From assembly GCF_006345805.1 (NCBI RefSeq), contig NC_043015.1, positions 26,970,001 to 27,034,000 on the forward strand: a stretch of DNA of 64,000 nt, written 5' to 3'. Below the pieces are notes generated by a model that ran no database searches, was not told where the DNA came from, and was given only the letters and a program-made list of their open reading frames with translations. The DNA is from Octopus sinensis. Taxonomy: Eukaryota. This document shows, in pieces, positions 1 to 10,433 of the stretch. The first letter of the stretch is position 1; each line of letters opens with the position of its first letter. The translations under genes were made by a program, and so were the position numbers.

Positions 1-2951
1 ATTGAAGAGGCTGCCATCCAGACGATACCTAGCATACACCCCATCCTCATCCTCCATATCTTCAGTTGCATGCTTGATCATCATGCTGAAGAAGATGCTG
101 AAGAGAGTCGGTGCCAGGACACAACCCTGCTTCATGTCGTTGGAGATGGGGAAGGGCTCCGACAGGTCACCATTGAGTCTGACCTAACCACGCTGATTCT
201 CGTGCAGCAGGATCACCATCTGTAGAAACTTGGTGGGACAGCCAAGTCGTTCCAGGATGAGCCATAGTCCTGTCCTGCTCACTGTGTCAAATGCTTTTGT
301 GAGGTCGAGAAAAGTAGCATAGAGTCCCCTGTTTTGTTCTCGGCACTTCTCCTGGAGTTGGCGCAGGACGAACAACCATATTCGTTGTGCCTTTGTTGGC
401 TCTGAATCCACACTGGCTCCCGGGGAGGTTTTCTTCAGCAATGGTTGGTACTAGCCTGTTGAACAGGATCCTGGCAAGTTCTTTGCCGGCGATGGAGAGT
501 AGGGTGATTCCCCGGTAGTTGGAGCAGTCAGACTTTTCGCCCTTGTTCTTGTACAGGGTTATGATGACGGCGTCACGAAGATCCCGTGGCAGCTTGCTCT
601 GCTACCAGCAGCAGACAAGAAAATCATGGTGCTTGTCATGGAGCATCGGACCTCCATTCTTCCCGATTTCTGGTGGGATGCCGTCAACTCCTGCTGCTTT
701 GCGACTCTTGAATTGTCCCATGGCTTCAATCGTTTCTTTGAGGGTGGGTGGTTCGTTGAGCTCCTCTTTGAGTGGAAGGTGAGGAATGCGAAGGATGCCA
801 GCGTCCTGTACGGTACGGTTAGCATTGAAGAGGCTTTGGAAGTGCTCGGACCAGCGAGCGAGAATGGAGGTGTTATTGATGAGAAGGTCCTGTCTATCTG
901 AACTGCGCAGGGGACTCTGGACCAGGTGGGTGGGAGCTTACACTGCTTTCAGAGCCTCATAGAAGCCTCTATAGTCTCCGAGGTCAGCGCACAGCTGGGT
1001 TCTCCACGCCAAGTGGTCCCGGCACACGTTCTGTATTTCTCTGAGTTTTCGCTGTAGAGTGCTGCATGTGCGTCGAAAGGTAGTTTTCTTTACAGGACAG
1101 GCTGGTTGTGCGAGGTGGGCCTGATGAGCTGCCCTCTTCCTTGCTAGTAATTCCTGGATCTCCTTGTCATTTTCATCGAACCAGTCCTTGTTTTTCTTCT
1201 TTGTGTTCCCGAGAACTTCCATAGATGTCTTAAGCATGGCTGATTTCAGGTTCTCCCACAAGGTGTCTGGGGTGGTGTCATCAGTGCAGGGGGATTCGTC
1301 TAGTCTTTGCTGCAGGTTTGCTTGAAACTTGATTTTCAGTTCCTCCCGGAACAAGCTGTCGACATCGAGTTTCTTTGCGTGGTTACCTTTCTTCTTGGGT
1401 TTGGGTTTGAACTGCAGTTTGAGCTTGCAGCAAACAAGGATATGGTCGGTGTGGCACTCGTGTGTAGAACGTCTTTCAGGTCCCGCTGGCGTACAAGCAC
1501 ATAGTCACGTAGATGCCAATGTTTGGACTGGGGATGCACCAAGTTGTTTTTAGACGGTCTTTCTGTTGGAAGATTGTGTTGGTAATAGCAAATCGGTGCT
1601 CTGTGCAGAACTCGAGCAGGAGGTGCCCGTTGTCATTACAGCCACCAATGACGTGTCTTCCAAAGACTCCTTTCCAAGCCTCCGAGTCCCTCCCAACTCT
1701 TGCGTTGAAGTCGCCAAGGATCAGGACCTTGTCGTTTGCAGGGGTGTTATTCAAGCGTCTGCACAGATCAAAATAGCAGCTGCCTTTGTCCACAGGATCT
1801 GCCAGTAGAGTTGGAGCATAAACACTGAAGTGCGTGAGATGTTGTTTGCTCTCCAGTGGTAGGCGCATGGATATGATGCGGTCGAGTGGCCCGTGGCTAA
1901 CATTTCCAGTTTGAAGGTGATTTTGTAGGACTCACGTTTTTCAGATGATGGTTTTCCGGACCAGAAGAGGGTGTAGCCAGCGTCACGTTCTTTGAAGCTG
2001 CTCTCGTCAGCGAAGCAGACCTCGCTGAGAGCTGCTATGTCAATGTTGAGACGAGAGAGTTCATGAGCTATGAGAGCCGAACGACGTTCCGGGCGGCTGC
2101 TGTCAGCCTTGTCAAGCATGGTCCTGATATGCCAGCAGGCAACGTGAACTTTTCTTCGGTTTTGTTTCCATGTTTGTTCGACCGCGCTGAAGATGCCCGT
2201 TGACCGCGGCTAGCCAACTGAGTATAGAGGAGACGAGCTTTGTTTAGGCGAACCTTTTCTACCGTCCCTCTCCATGTGGAGCAGGCAGTGCTCTCCCTGA
2301 ATAGGGCTACCTGGTCGCTCAGGATGCTGCCGAGTTGTGTCGTCGCCTCCGGGTCGACAACCAGGCGACCAAAGTCCTGAGCCGCCTACATGTAGGGTCG
2401 AGACTACGGCTTCCAGTGACATCTTCCATCTGCCGCTTTCGCCTCTTTCCATCGCTGCAGGGTTTTTAGGATGGCTAGTCACAGAACGTGGACATGTCCT
2501 TTGGCCTGCGCTGAGGAGTTTTAAGGTGAAGTGCTGTGCGCGCAAACTGGCCCCAGCCTTTAAGCACGAGGTCCATCTGCCATGACCTAGCGAGCTGGGA
2601 CGATGACAGCGAGATCTTCGGGCCGTAGGTTTGAAGTTGGAGTTATCCTCTCCTAGTAAGGTTGCCAACCATTGCTGACGAGCCCCTCCTGCCTATGCCA
2701 TCCAAACCAGGGCGAAAGAGAGACACACACGCACAAAGCACTCCACACACACGTTGTTGGATGGCCGTTGACTACGCTGTAGTTCTTCCGCCCTTTGACA
2801 GGTCTTATTTTCTGTCCTGCAGGGTGTCCAAAAAACACCCGCCTCACCAAGCAAGCCTGGTGCGGTTGCCAGTTTAGTCGCCGACGACCCGACCATGTAA
2901 CAGGTTGTACTGGACTACATGGTACCAGTAACAGCCAAGTGACCTGACCTG
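1..2951 (-). mobile_element. RTE-clade LINE, degenerate; 5'UTR, APE endonuclease and RT, running off the left edge
   Basis: Frameshifted minus-strand peptides include ELSRLNIDIAALSE, VLILGDFNARVG, TNTIFQQK..KTTW and WHLRDYVLVR (APE), and ATFLDLTKAFDTVSR (RT). A GC-rich 5'UTR spans about 2180-2950. Confidence 0.9.
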
Positions 2952-2953
2952 TA

Positions 2954-2985
<32 letters not shown>

Positions 2986-2986
<1 letters not shown>

Positions 2987-3087
2987 CAAAAAAATTGTCG
3001 ATAACCATTAAATTTATGCGTCTCGGTTTATTTCTATCGGTTTATTTCGAGACGCATAAATTTAATGGTTATCGACAATTTTTTTGT
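2986..3087. repeat. Perfect 40-bp inverted repeat with 22-nt spacer, abutting (TA)n
   Basis: 2986-3025 is the exact reverse complement of 3048-3087. Confidence 0.95.
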
Positions 3088-3231
3088 TTCGGCGTATCTG
3101 GCATTAGAATTTTTCTTCTGCCCTTATCTTGTAAATATGTATAAATTTTACCTTTAAAGGCATTTTTGATATGCTAGCCATTGATATATATACATATATA
3201 TCAATTATATATTATATTATATTTATGTATA

Positions 3232-3270
<39 letters not shown>

Positions 3271-3282
3271 TATATTATATAT

Positions 3283-3357
<75 letters not shown>

Positions 3358-3680
3358 CGCGAGAAAGAAGCAACAGGAATGGATAGGTTTTTAGTACAAT
3401 CGTTTCATACAAGGACAGGCTTTATTAAAAGTTGCAAAAATTACAGCATATAAACGTGTCCGTACTCATCAGCTTAAAATACATGTGAGTTCTCTAGACA
3501 TCCTAGTGGTTGAGGCTATACTCATGAAGTAATGTAGATAATTAAGTAACATAAACAGATTTCCAAAGTTCATTAAAGTTCTTTAAAGATGATGTACAGT
3601 CTTATCACAGAATTTTAAAAAAGTTTTAATAGCATCACAGAGAAGGTGACCTAATCCATAGTGCACATATGAATTTCCAG

Positions 3681-3730
3681 AGATATGAGGAGGGATTACA
3701 TACATGAGTATGTAATCCCTCCTCATATCT
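3681..3730. repeat. Perfect 23-bp hairpin with 4-nt loop, abutting (TA)n
   Basis: AGATATGAGGAGGGATTACATAC-atga-GTATGTAATCCCTCCTCATATCT. Confidence 0.95.
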
Positions 3731-3750
3731 ATATATATATATACGTATAT

Positions 3751-3914
3751 ACGACAGGCTTCTTTCAGTTTCCGTCTACCAAATCCGCTCACAAGGCATT
3801 GGCCGGCCCGGGGCTATAGCAGAAGACACTTGTCCAAGATGCCACGCAGTGGGACTGAACCCGGAACCATGTCGTTGGCTAGCAAGCTACTTACCACACA
3901 GCCACTCCTGCGCC
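3751..3914 (-). mobile_element. tRNA-derived SINE family S2, 5' half
   Basis: Reverse complement reads GGCGCAGGAGTGGCTGTGTGGTAAG...GGGTTCAGTCCC (A/B boxes); matches the copy at 47444. Confidence 0.85.
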
Positions 3915-3921
3915 TATTATA

Positions 3922-4488
3922 TACTTTGATACTTTGATACTTTGATAGGTTTCGGCCATTATTGGCCCAGGCCATGTCTAACTTAATAGCACCACCTAGT
4001 GAAGTCTTTCAAGTCAGAATTTGGGCACTATGGCCCACTCAAGTAGAGAGTTATTGTTTACAGAGACATATCCGGGTGTAGGGGGTTTATCCGGGATTTC
4101 TTGAAGGAATCTGTCCAAAGACTTCTTGAACCCTATAGGGTCAGTTTCTGTTTTAATGTGTTTTGGTGTAATGTTAAAGAGAGCGGGGCCAATTGAGGTG
4201 AAATAATTGTGCCGTATTGTTGTTATGAGATGAGAGTGCGATTTTTGTTTTGGGCGGATGGCACGGGGCCCAAGCCTTGGGTGTACCTTAAAGGTGATGC
4301 CAACATCATTTGGGCAATGCTGATGGAATATTTTCCACATCATGCAGATGATGTAGCGCTCATGACGACGTTGGAGAGAATAGAGTTTTAGCTTTTCTAG
4401 TCGACCCCAATAGTCGAGGCCTGTCATGCCATCTATCTTTTTTGTGATTGCCCTTTGAGGTGCTTCAACTTTTATGATACGAGTCATA
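3922..4488 (-). mobile_element. CR1/L2-type LINE 3' fragment
   Basis: ORF contains LDYWGRLEKLKLYSLQRRHERY...FKKSLDRFLQEIPD; ends in an 8-bp tandem tail (CTTTGATA)x3. Confidence 0.8.
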
Positions 4489-4509
4489 AAAGTGTGTATA
4501 TATGTGTGT

Positions 4510-4712
4510 ATATGTTTGTGTGTCTGTGTTTGTCCCTCTAGCATTGCTTGACAACAGATGCTGGTGTGTTTACGTCCCCGTCACATAGCGGTTCGGCAAA
4601 AGAGACCGATAGAATAAGTACTGGGCTTACAAAGAATAAGTCCCGGGGTCGATTTGCTTGACTAAAGGTGGTGCTCCAGCATGGCCGAAGTCAAATGACT
4701 GAAACAAGTAAA
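4510..4712 (+). mobile_element. SINE S2, 3' half
   Basis: Near-identical to 47650-47850 (GCTTGACAAC..GGTTCGGCAAAAGAGACCGATAGAATAAGTACT..GACTGAAACAAGTAAAAGAG). Confidence 0.85.
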
Positions 4713-4724
4713 AGAGTATATATA

Positions 4725-4990
4725 GTTAATCCAAACATGAAAACACAAAGAGAAAGCACAACAACGCGAGGACGTGGAACAAGTATAGTATTATTGGACG
4801 CTCAAGAAAGAAGGAAAGAAGGTGGGTTTAACGTTTCGAGTAGAGCTCTTCGTCAGAAACTTAGGAATAGGAAAGATTCAAAGAAGGGAAGACGGAGGGG
4901 AAAAAATCGCCAACAGTACACACGCGTCACATTTTGAATGACCGGAAGAGAATGGGTGAAGAAAAAGTTATTTCAAAGACAGGAGAGTGC
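4725..4990 (-). mobile_element. Penelope-like element terminal (pseudo-LTR) region
   Basis: Lies downstream of, and in the same orientation as, the GIY-YIG fragment at 6620-7135; carries a minimal hammerhead. Confidence 0.6.
4826..4860 (-). ncRNA. Minimal type I hammerhead ribozyme motif (PLE-type)
   Basis: Minus strand reads GUUU-CUGACGA-A-GAG(CUCUA)CUC-GAA-ACGU-U-AAAC: full core, stem I GUUU/AAAC, palindromic stem III ACGU. Confidence 0.8.
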
Positions 4991-4994
4991 AAGA

Positions 4995-5089
4995 GGAGGT
5001 ATGTGTGTATAAGTGTGGATATGTGCGTGTAAGCAGGTCTGCGTGTGCATGTGTGTGTATGCGTGTATGTGTGCAATGATAGCACGCGT

Positions 5090-5133
<44 letters not shown>

Positions 5134-6455
5134 TTGTGGCTGTTAATCTATGTGTGTGGTAGGTCAAGGAAGAATGAATTAGGAGTGGCTCTCGTGTCTA
5201 ATCTACCCATGTGGAAGAATGGTCAGTGACAGGTACTGGTAGTTTAAAGCATGTGTGTGCGTGCGTGTATGCATATGTATTGTGTGTTTGTTTTGTTTGT
5301 AGTGTGTGTGTGTGTGTATGTATGTGTCTGTTTGTGTGTCTATGCGTAGAGTTTGTGTGTGTGGCGAATAACTGTGCTTTACTTTGTGTATGTGTACGTG
5401 TGTGCTTGTATGTGCGTATGTGTGTATACATGTATGTATAATTGTGTACGTGTATGTATGAGTGTATGCTGTGTGTATGGGATGTATGTGTGGGTTCATT
5501 TGTGTGTGTGTGTGCACGTGCGTGTCGTATGTGCGTATAGTTGTGTGTGTGTGTGTGTATGCGTATGTGGGTGTATATACGTGTATCCGTGGGGTTGTGA
5601 GTGTTACGTGTGTGCATTCGTGTGCGTGTGTGCGTGTGTACGTGTGCGCATGTTTGTGTATGCGCGTGTGTGTGTCTGTGTCTATATGTGTATACGTATG
5701 TGTATGTGTGTGTGCGCGTGTATGCATATATTGTGTGTATGTATATGTATAGGTGTGTATGTGAATTTGTGTATGCGTGTGGGGGGGGGGGTTGAGTTGT
5801 GTAGGCGTAATGTGCATGCATGTGTGTGTGCTTACGTGCGAGTGTGCGTGTATGTGCGTGTGTGTCTGTGCCCATGTGTGTATAATTGTGTGCGTATCTG
5901 TATGAGTATTGTTTGTTGGAGGTATATATGGGAATCTGTGCTGGTGTGAGTGTGTATGTACGTGTGTATATATGTGTGTGCGTGTATTATGTACGTATGT
6001 ATGTGCGTGTGTGTGTATGTGCGTGTGTGCATGTGTGTATTTGCGTGCGTGTGTATATGTGTGTGTGAACGTGGAGACGTGTGTCAGGTTGTGTGCGTGA
6101 GATGTTTGTCAGGTTGCGTTCATTTTATTGTGTGTACGCTCATGTGCATGTATGTGATTGTGTGTACGTTTACGTGTGTGTGTCTAAAGGTATGCGTGTC
6201 TGTGTGTGCGTGGGGTTGGGTGGGATAGGTTTCTGTGCATTCCAGTGTGTGTACGTTTGTGTACGTGTGTGTGTGTGCTCGTGGGTGTATGTAGGTGTGT
6301 GTATATGTGTATGTATGCGTGTGTGTATGTGTGTGGAAGCATGTGTGTGTATATGTGCATGTATGTATGTTGTATGTGTGTGGTGTGTGGGAGGTATATG
6401 TGTGTTCGTGGATACGTGAGTATGTGTGTGAATGTGTGTGTATGTGTTCGTGTAT
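4995..6455. repeat. ~1.5-kb degenerate (GT/AT) compound microsatellite
   Basis: Continuous GT/AT-dinucleotide low complexity; source of the His/Thr- and Val/Cys-rich spurious ORFs. Confidence 0.9.
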
Positions 6456-6619
6456 AAAAACAATAATTTATAAAAACAATAAATTATAAACAATAAAAAA
6501 AACAATAAAATATAAAAACAATAAAATATAAAGAAGTTGATCCAATATAAAAGACGTAATTGCACGTAAGGAATCAAAAATGAAAAAAGAAATAAAGTTG
6601 CTTGTTACGGGAGGTGTAG

Positions 6620-7130
6620 AGGCAGTCACTAAGAGGAGGGGGCTGTGTTAAGTCCGTGCAGGATATTAATCCGTAAATTGAATATGTTTCGCTGTTCCAA
6701 GTGAAGCCTCGATTGTGGAGATCCAATTGTGTAGGGTGAGACCAAACACAGAGATGTTACAGGGGGAATGATTGGCCAAGCGGAAGTGACGGACGACGGG
6801 AGAGTTGGAACGTAGCCGAACATCCCTTAGATGTTCGGGGAACCGGTCGGTCAGGCTGCGGCCCGTCTGACCTACATAAAGCATCCCACAGAAGTTGCAT
6901 TTTATACAGTAAATGAGTCCAGATGAAGAACACATAAAAGAATGTCTAATACGTACAGTTTGTTTATTGGAGCTGGTGATACCAGGGATGTTGGTGATGA
7001 AGGGGGCAGGTGTTGCAGCGGGAAGATTCCATGTGGGGCTGAGGGGAAAGAGAAGAAGGTGCTACGACCAGGAGATCGCGTTGGTTCCTGGCTCGTTTGA
7101 AGGAGGACAAGGGTGGGTTGGGGAAAATGG

Positions 7131-7135
<5 letters not shown>
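6620..7135 (-). mobile_element. Penelope-like element ORF 3' fragment (GIY-YIG endonuclease)
   Basis: PPLSSFKRARNQRDLLV, RCNTC and GLIYCIKCNFCGMLYVGQTGRSLTDRFPEHLRDVR. Confidence 0.9.
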
Positions 7136-7192
<57 letters not shown>

Positions 7193-7257
7193 ATATATAC
7201 ATATATACATATATATATGTAAGTATATATGTGTACATATATATATATATTATAAAT

Positions 7258-7608
7258 TGATAGATATGGCAAGACAGCAAAGGAATGAAAGACACCGCGA
7301 TGTTCTGTAAATAGAGAATTTATCTGTAAATATATGTGACAATTTTTCGGTAGCCATGATAAAACTCCGAGTTTCGGATGTCGAGGCGGAAACCCACGCC
7401 GGCATCTCATCAGTTATAGGGCCATCGAAAAAAATGCTATGATAATGACCGTTAAACAAAGGGAAATTACTGTGTGATTGACTGTTATTAACACAAAAGA
7501 ATGAAAGGGACAACAAAACTTCCAGATAGACGAAAGGAAGAAAATAAGGACGGGTCATTCGGAGTTTTCTTTCCTCAATCGAGTTCCAGATTATCTTTGC
7601 AATTTCGA
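7258..7608 (-). mobile_element. Second PLE terminal region carrying a hammerhead motif
   Basis: Contains a CUGAUGA...GAAAC core on the minus strand; sequence is unrelated to 4725-4990. Confidence 0.5.
7359..7417 (-). ncRNA. Type I hammerhead ribozyme motif with extended stem II
   Basis: Minus strand reads AUAA-CUGAUGA-GAUG(22 nt)CAUC-C-GAA-ACUC-G-GAGU-U-UUAU; there is one extra C before GAAA. Confidence 0.65.
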
Positions 7609-7865
7609 TATGTATGTATGTATGTCTCTTCTATTTTTTAATAATTATAAATCTTCCACTGAGGAGTGAGCCGTTTTCCAACAAAGAGAGAAGGCTTTGG
7701 GATATAGTGAACAAAGAAAAATTCACATTTGGAACTTGAGAAAAGTCTTGCTTATTTTTACTGTTCCACTCACAGATTGCACTTGTACGAATCAGCCTAT
7801 CAATTTCTCTTTCTAAAAATCCAGTTTATCCAGATTCTTCTTCAAGCATTTACTAAAATGTGTGT

Positions 7866-8062
7866 ATGTATGTATGTATGTATGTATGTATGTATGTATG
7901 TATGTATGTATGTATGTATGTATGTATGTATGCATGTATGTATGTACTTGTGTGTGTGTATGTATGTATGTATGTATGGATGGATGGATGGATGGATGGA
8001 TGGATGGATGGATGGATGGATGGATGGATAGATAGATGGATGGATGGATGGGTGGATGGATG
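7866..8062. repeat. (TATG)n followed by (GATG)n tetranucleotide microsatellite
   Basis: Read directly from the sequence. Confidence 0.95.
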
Positions 8063-8327
8063 GAGGATATATGTATATAGAATTCATTTCGATTCAAAAA
8101 GTAATGCTTTCACCTTCAACTGAATCCTAATGCAGCAAGCTTGTTTGTTCTGTTTAAAAACGTTGTAAAGGATGGCCCGTTGCCGAAATTGCAGCGTCTA
8201 TGATGCATAACTGCATACAGAGCAATGTGCAGTTGCTGCCGTATGTTAGTCGTTTATATATATGCTGTAGAAAACTTTTTAATAAAAAAGTTTTGAATGT
8301 GAATAAATCTCCACTTTCCTCTTGGTT

Positions 8328-8371
<44 letters not shown>

Positions 8372-8501
8372 TATATAAACTAAATTCTGTTTTTAAATGA
8401 CTTGCTTTGAAGTTTTGCATTCGGTACAATTTGTTTATTTTAGTAGTTTTGACTGCAAGAGTCCCTCCTAGCGTGCGGTACATATGAATAATAGTACCCT
8501 C

Positions 8502-8539
<38 letters not shown>

Positions 8540-8544
8540 TATAT

Positions 8545-8934
8545 ATAGAATGGTTGTATACTGTCAATTTAACTTGACAGTAGGGGATTACATCACCGCT
8601 GTTTAGCCCTAGGAAGCATCGACGCTTCCTGATGGCTTCGACACATTTTTTCCTGTGTCTTTATATATTTACGAAGGGGAGACAAACACCCCCAGCAGCC
8701 AGGCCTGCATCTAGAGACACTACTCTAGACCGATGATGGACAAAGATACTGAAACATGCGTGTCTCTAGATGCAGGCCTGGCTGCTGGGGGTGTTTGTCT
8801 CCCCTTCGTAAATATATAAGGACACAGGAAAAATGTGTCGAAGCCATCAGGAAGCGTCGATGCTTCCTAGGGCTAAATAGCGGTGGTGTAATCCCCTACT
8901 GTCACGTTAAATTGACAGTATACAACCATTCTAT
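8545..8934. repeat. 390-bp fold-back; 176/175-bp arms, 39-nt spacer (possible MITE)
   Basis: 8545-8720 versus the reverse complement of 8760-8934 shows 4 substitutions and 1 indel; TA on both outer sides. Confidence 0.95.
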
Positions 8935-8986
8935 CGCCCCACTACCGTACATATCTCTATGAGATATTTAGAAATTTAATATTTCT

Positions 8987-9021
<35 letters not shown>

Positions 9022-9341
9022 TCTCTTATTTGATTCAGTCATGTGACTGGATTCATTGTTGGCCCATTTCGTGTATAAGGGAGTTTGATTCCGGTGCCCT
9101 GTATAGAAATGTAAGATTATTCCCACCCTCTACAAATTTATGACATCGTATCGAGTTCACAAGTTTATTTTTTATATGTCTGTTGCATATTGATGCATGA
9201 ACATGTCAAAGACGCCGAAAGACTAACATAAAACGCATTTGCTTTGCAAACATTATGCCCTACAATAAGAGTTTTAACTGTCACCATAGCGACAGGTAGA
9301 TCACATCCATACTACAGATATATGTTATACAAAAAGTTGTG

Positions 9342-9382
<41 letters not shown>

Positions 9383-9861
9383 AGACGAAAGAGAAAGAGG
9401 GAAGAGAAAACATGAAGACATGGTGGCAGAGTAATGTTTACAAATTTTTTTTTTTTTTAATATTTTCCTTATTGTATTTTTGTGAGTTTCTATTTGTTTA
9501 TTCAAATTACAACTCTTATCTTTATGAGTGAATAGAGGTCGCTTTCTATCGAGTTGATGGAAAGAATCTTAACTTGATGCGAGTAAAATTATTGATTTTC
9601 AGCATTGGCACAAGACCATAATACTACGGTTTTGGGGAGAGAAAAACTTCGGTTGAACGTCGTCAACAAGTAAACTTAACGTCATTTGTTTTATCGACCC
9701 TGGAAGGGGATAAAATCTGCACTGACCGTCAGAAGAAATGAACTAGAAGAAATTCAAAGTCACCTATTTACACCCAACACAGTATGCCATTATGCCAATA
9801 ACAATGCTGCTGCTAATGATGATCATGATCATGATCATGATAGTGATCGTTTCTGTAATAA

Positions 9862-10241
9862 GCAGAAGGCCTTAAATTTTGGGTAAAGGGGTTAGTCGAT
9901 TATATCAGCTCCAGTACTCGACTGGTACATATTTTATCGTCCTGAAAAGATTAAAGGCAAAGTCGATCAGGGCGGAATTTTGAACTCAGAATGTTAAGAA
10001 AGACGAAATACCTATTTCTTTACTACCCACAAGGGGCTAAACACAGAGAGGACAAACAAGGACAGACAAACGGATTAAGTCGATTACATCGGCCCCAATG
10101 CGTAACTGGTACTTAATTTATCGATCCCGAAAGGATGAAAGGCAAAGTCGACCTCGGCGGAATTTGAACTCAGAACGTAACGGCAGACAAAATACCGCTA
10201 GGCATTTCGCCCGGCGTGCTAACGATTCTGCCAGCTCGCCG

Positions 10242-10244
<3 letters not shown>
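9862..10244 (-). mobile_element. SINE S1 dimer: full copy followed by a headless older copy
   Basis: GGCGGCGAGCTGGCAGAATCGTTAG head, GAGTTCAAATTCC B box, CTTTCATCCTTTCGGG core; junction AAGAAATA|GGTATTTCGTC at 10012/10013. Confidence 0.9.
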
Positions 10245-10245
<1 letters not shown>

Positions 10246-10291
<46 letters not shown>

Positions 10292-10329
10292 TAATAATAA
10301 TAATATAATAATAATAATAATAATAATAA

Positions 10330-10360
<31 letters not shown>

Positions 10361-10424
10361 AAGAAGAAGAAGAAGAAGAAGAGAAGAAGAAGAAGAAGAG
10401 GAGGAGGAGGAGGAGGAGGAGGAG
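10246..10424. repeat. (AAT)n-(AAG)n-(GAG)n compound microsatellite
   Basis: Read directly from the sequence. Confidence 0.95.
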
Positions 10425-10433
10425 TATGCTAAT

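Noticed and set aside
3451-3475. Minus-strand CTGATGAGTACGGACACGT, hammerhead-like
   Set aside because: GAAA is replaced by GACA, and there is no stem II loop or stem I. At best it is a dead PLE remnant.
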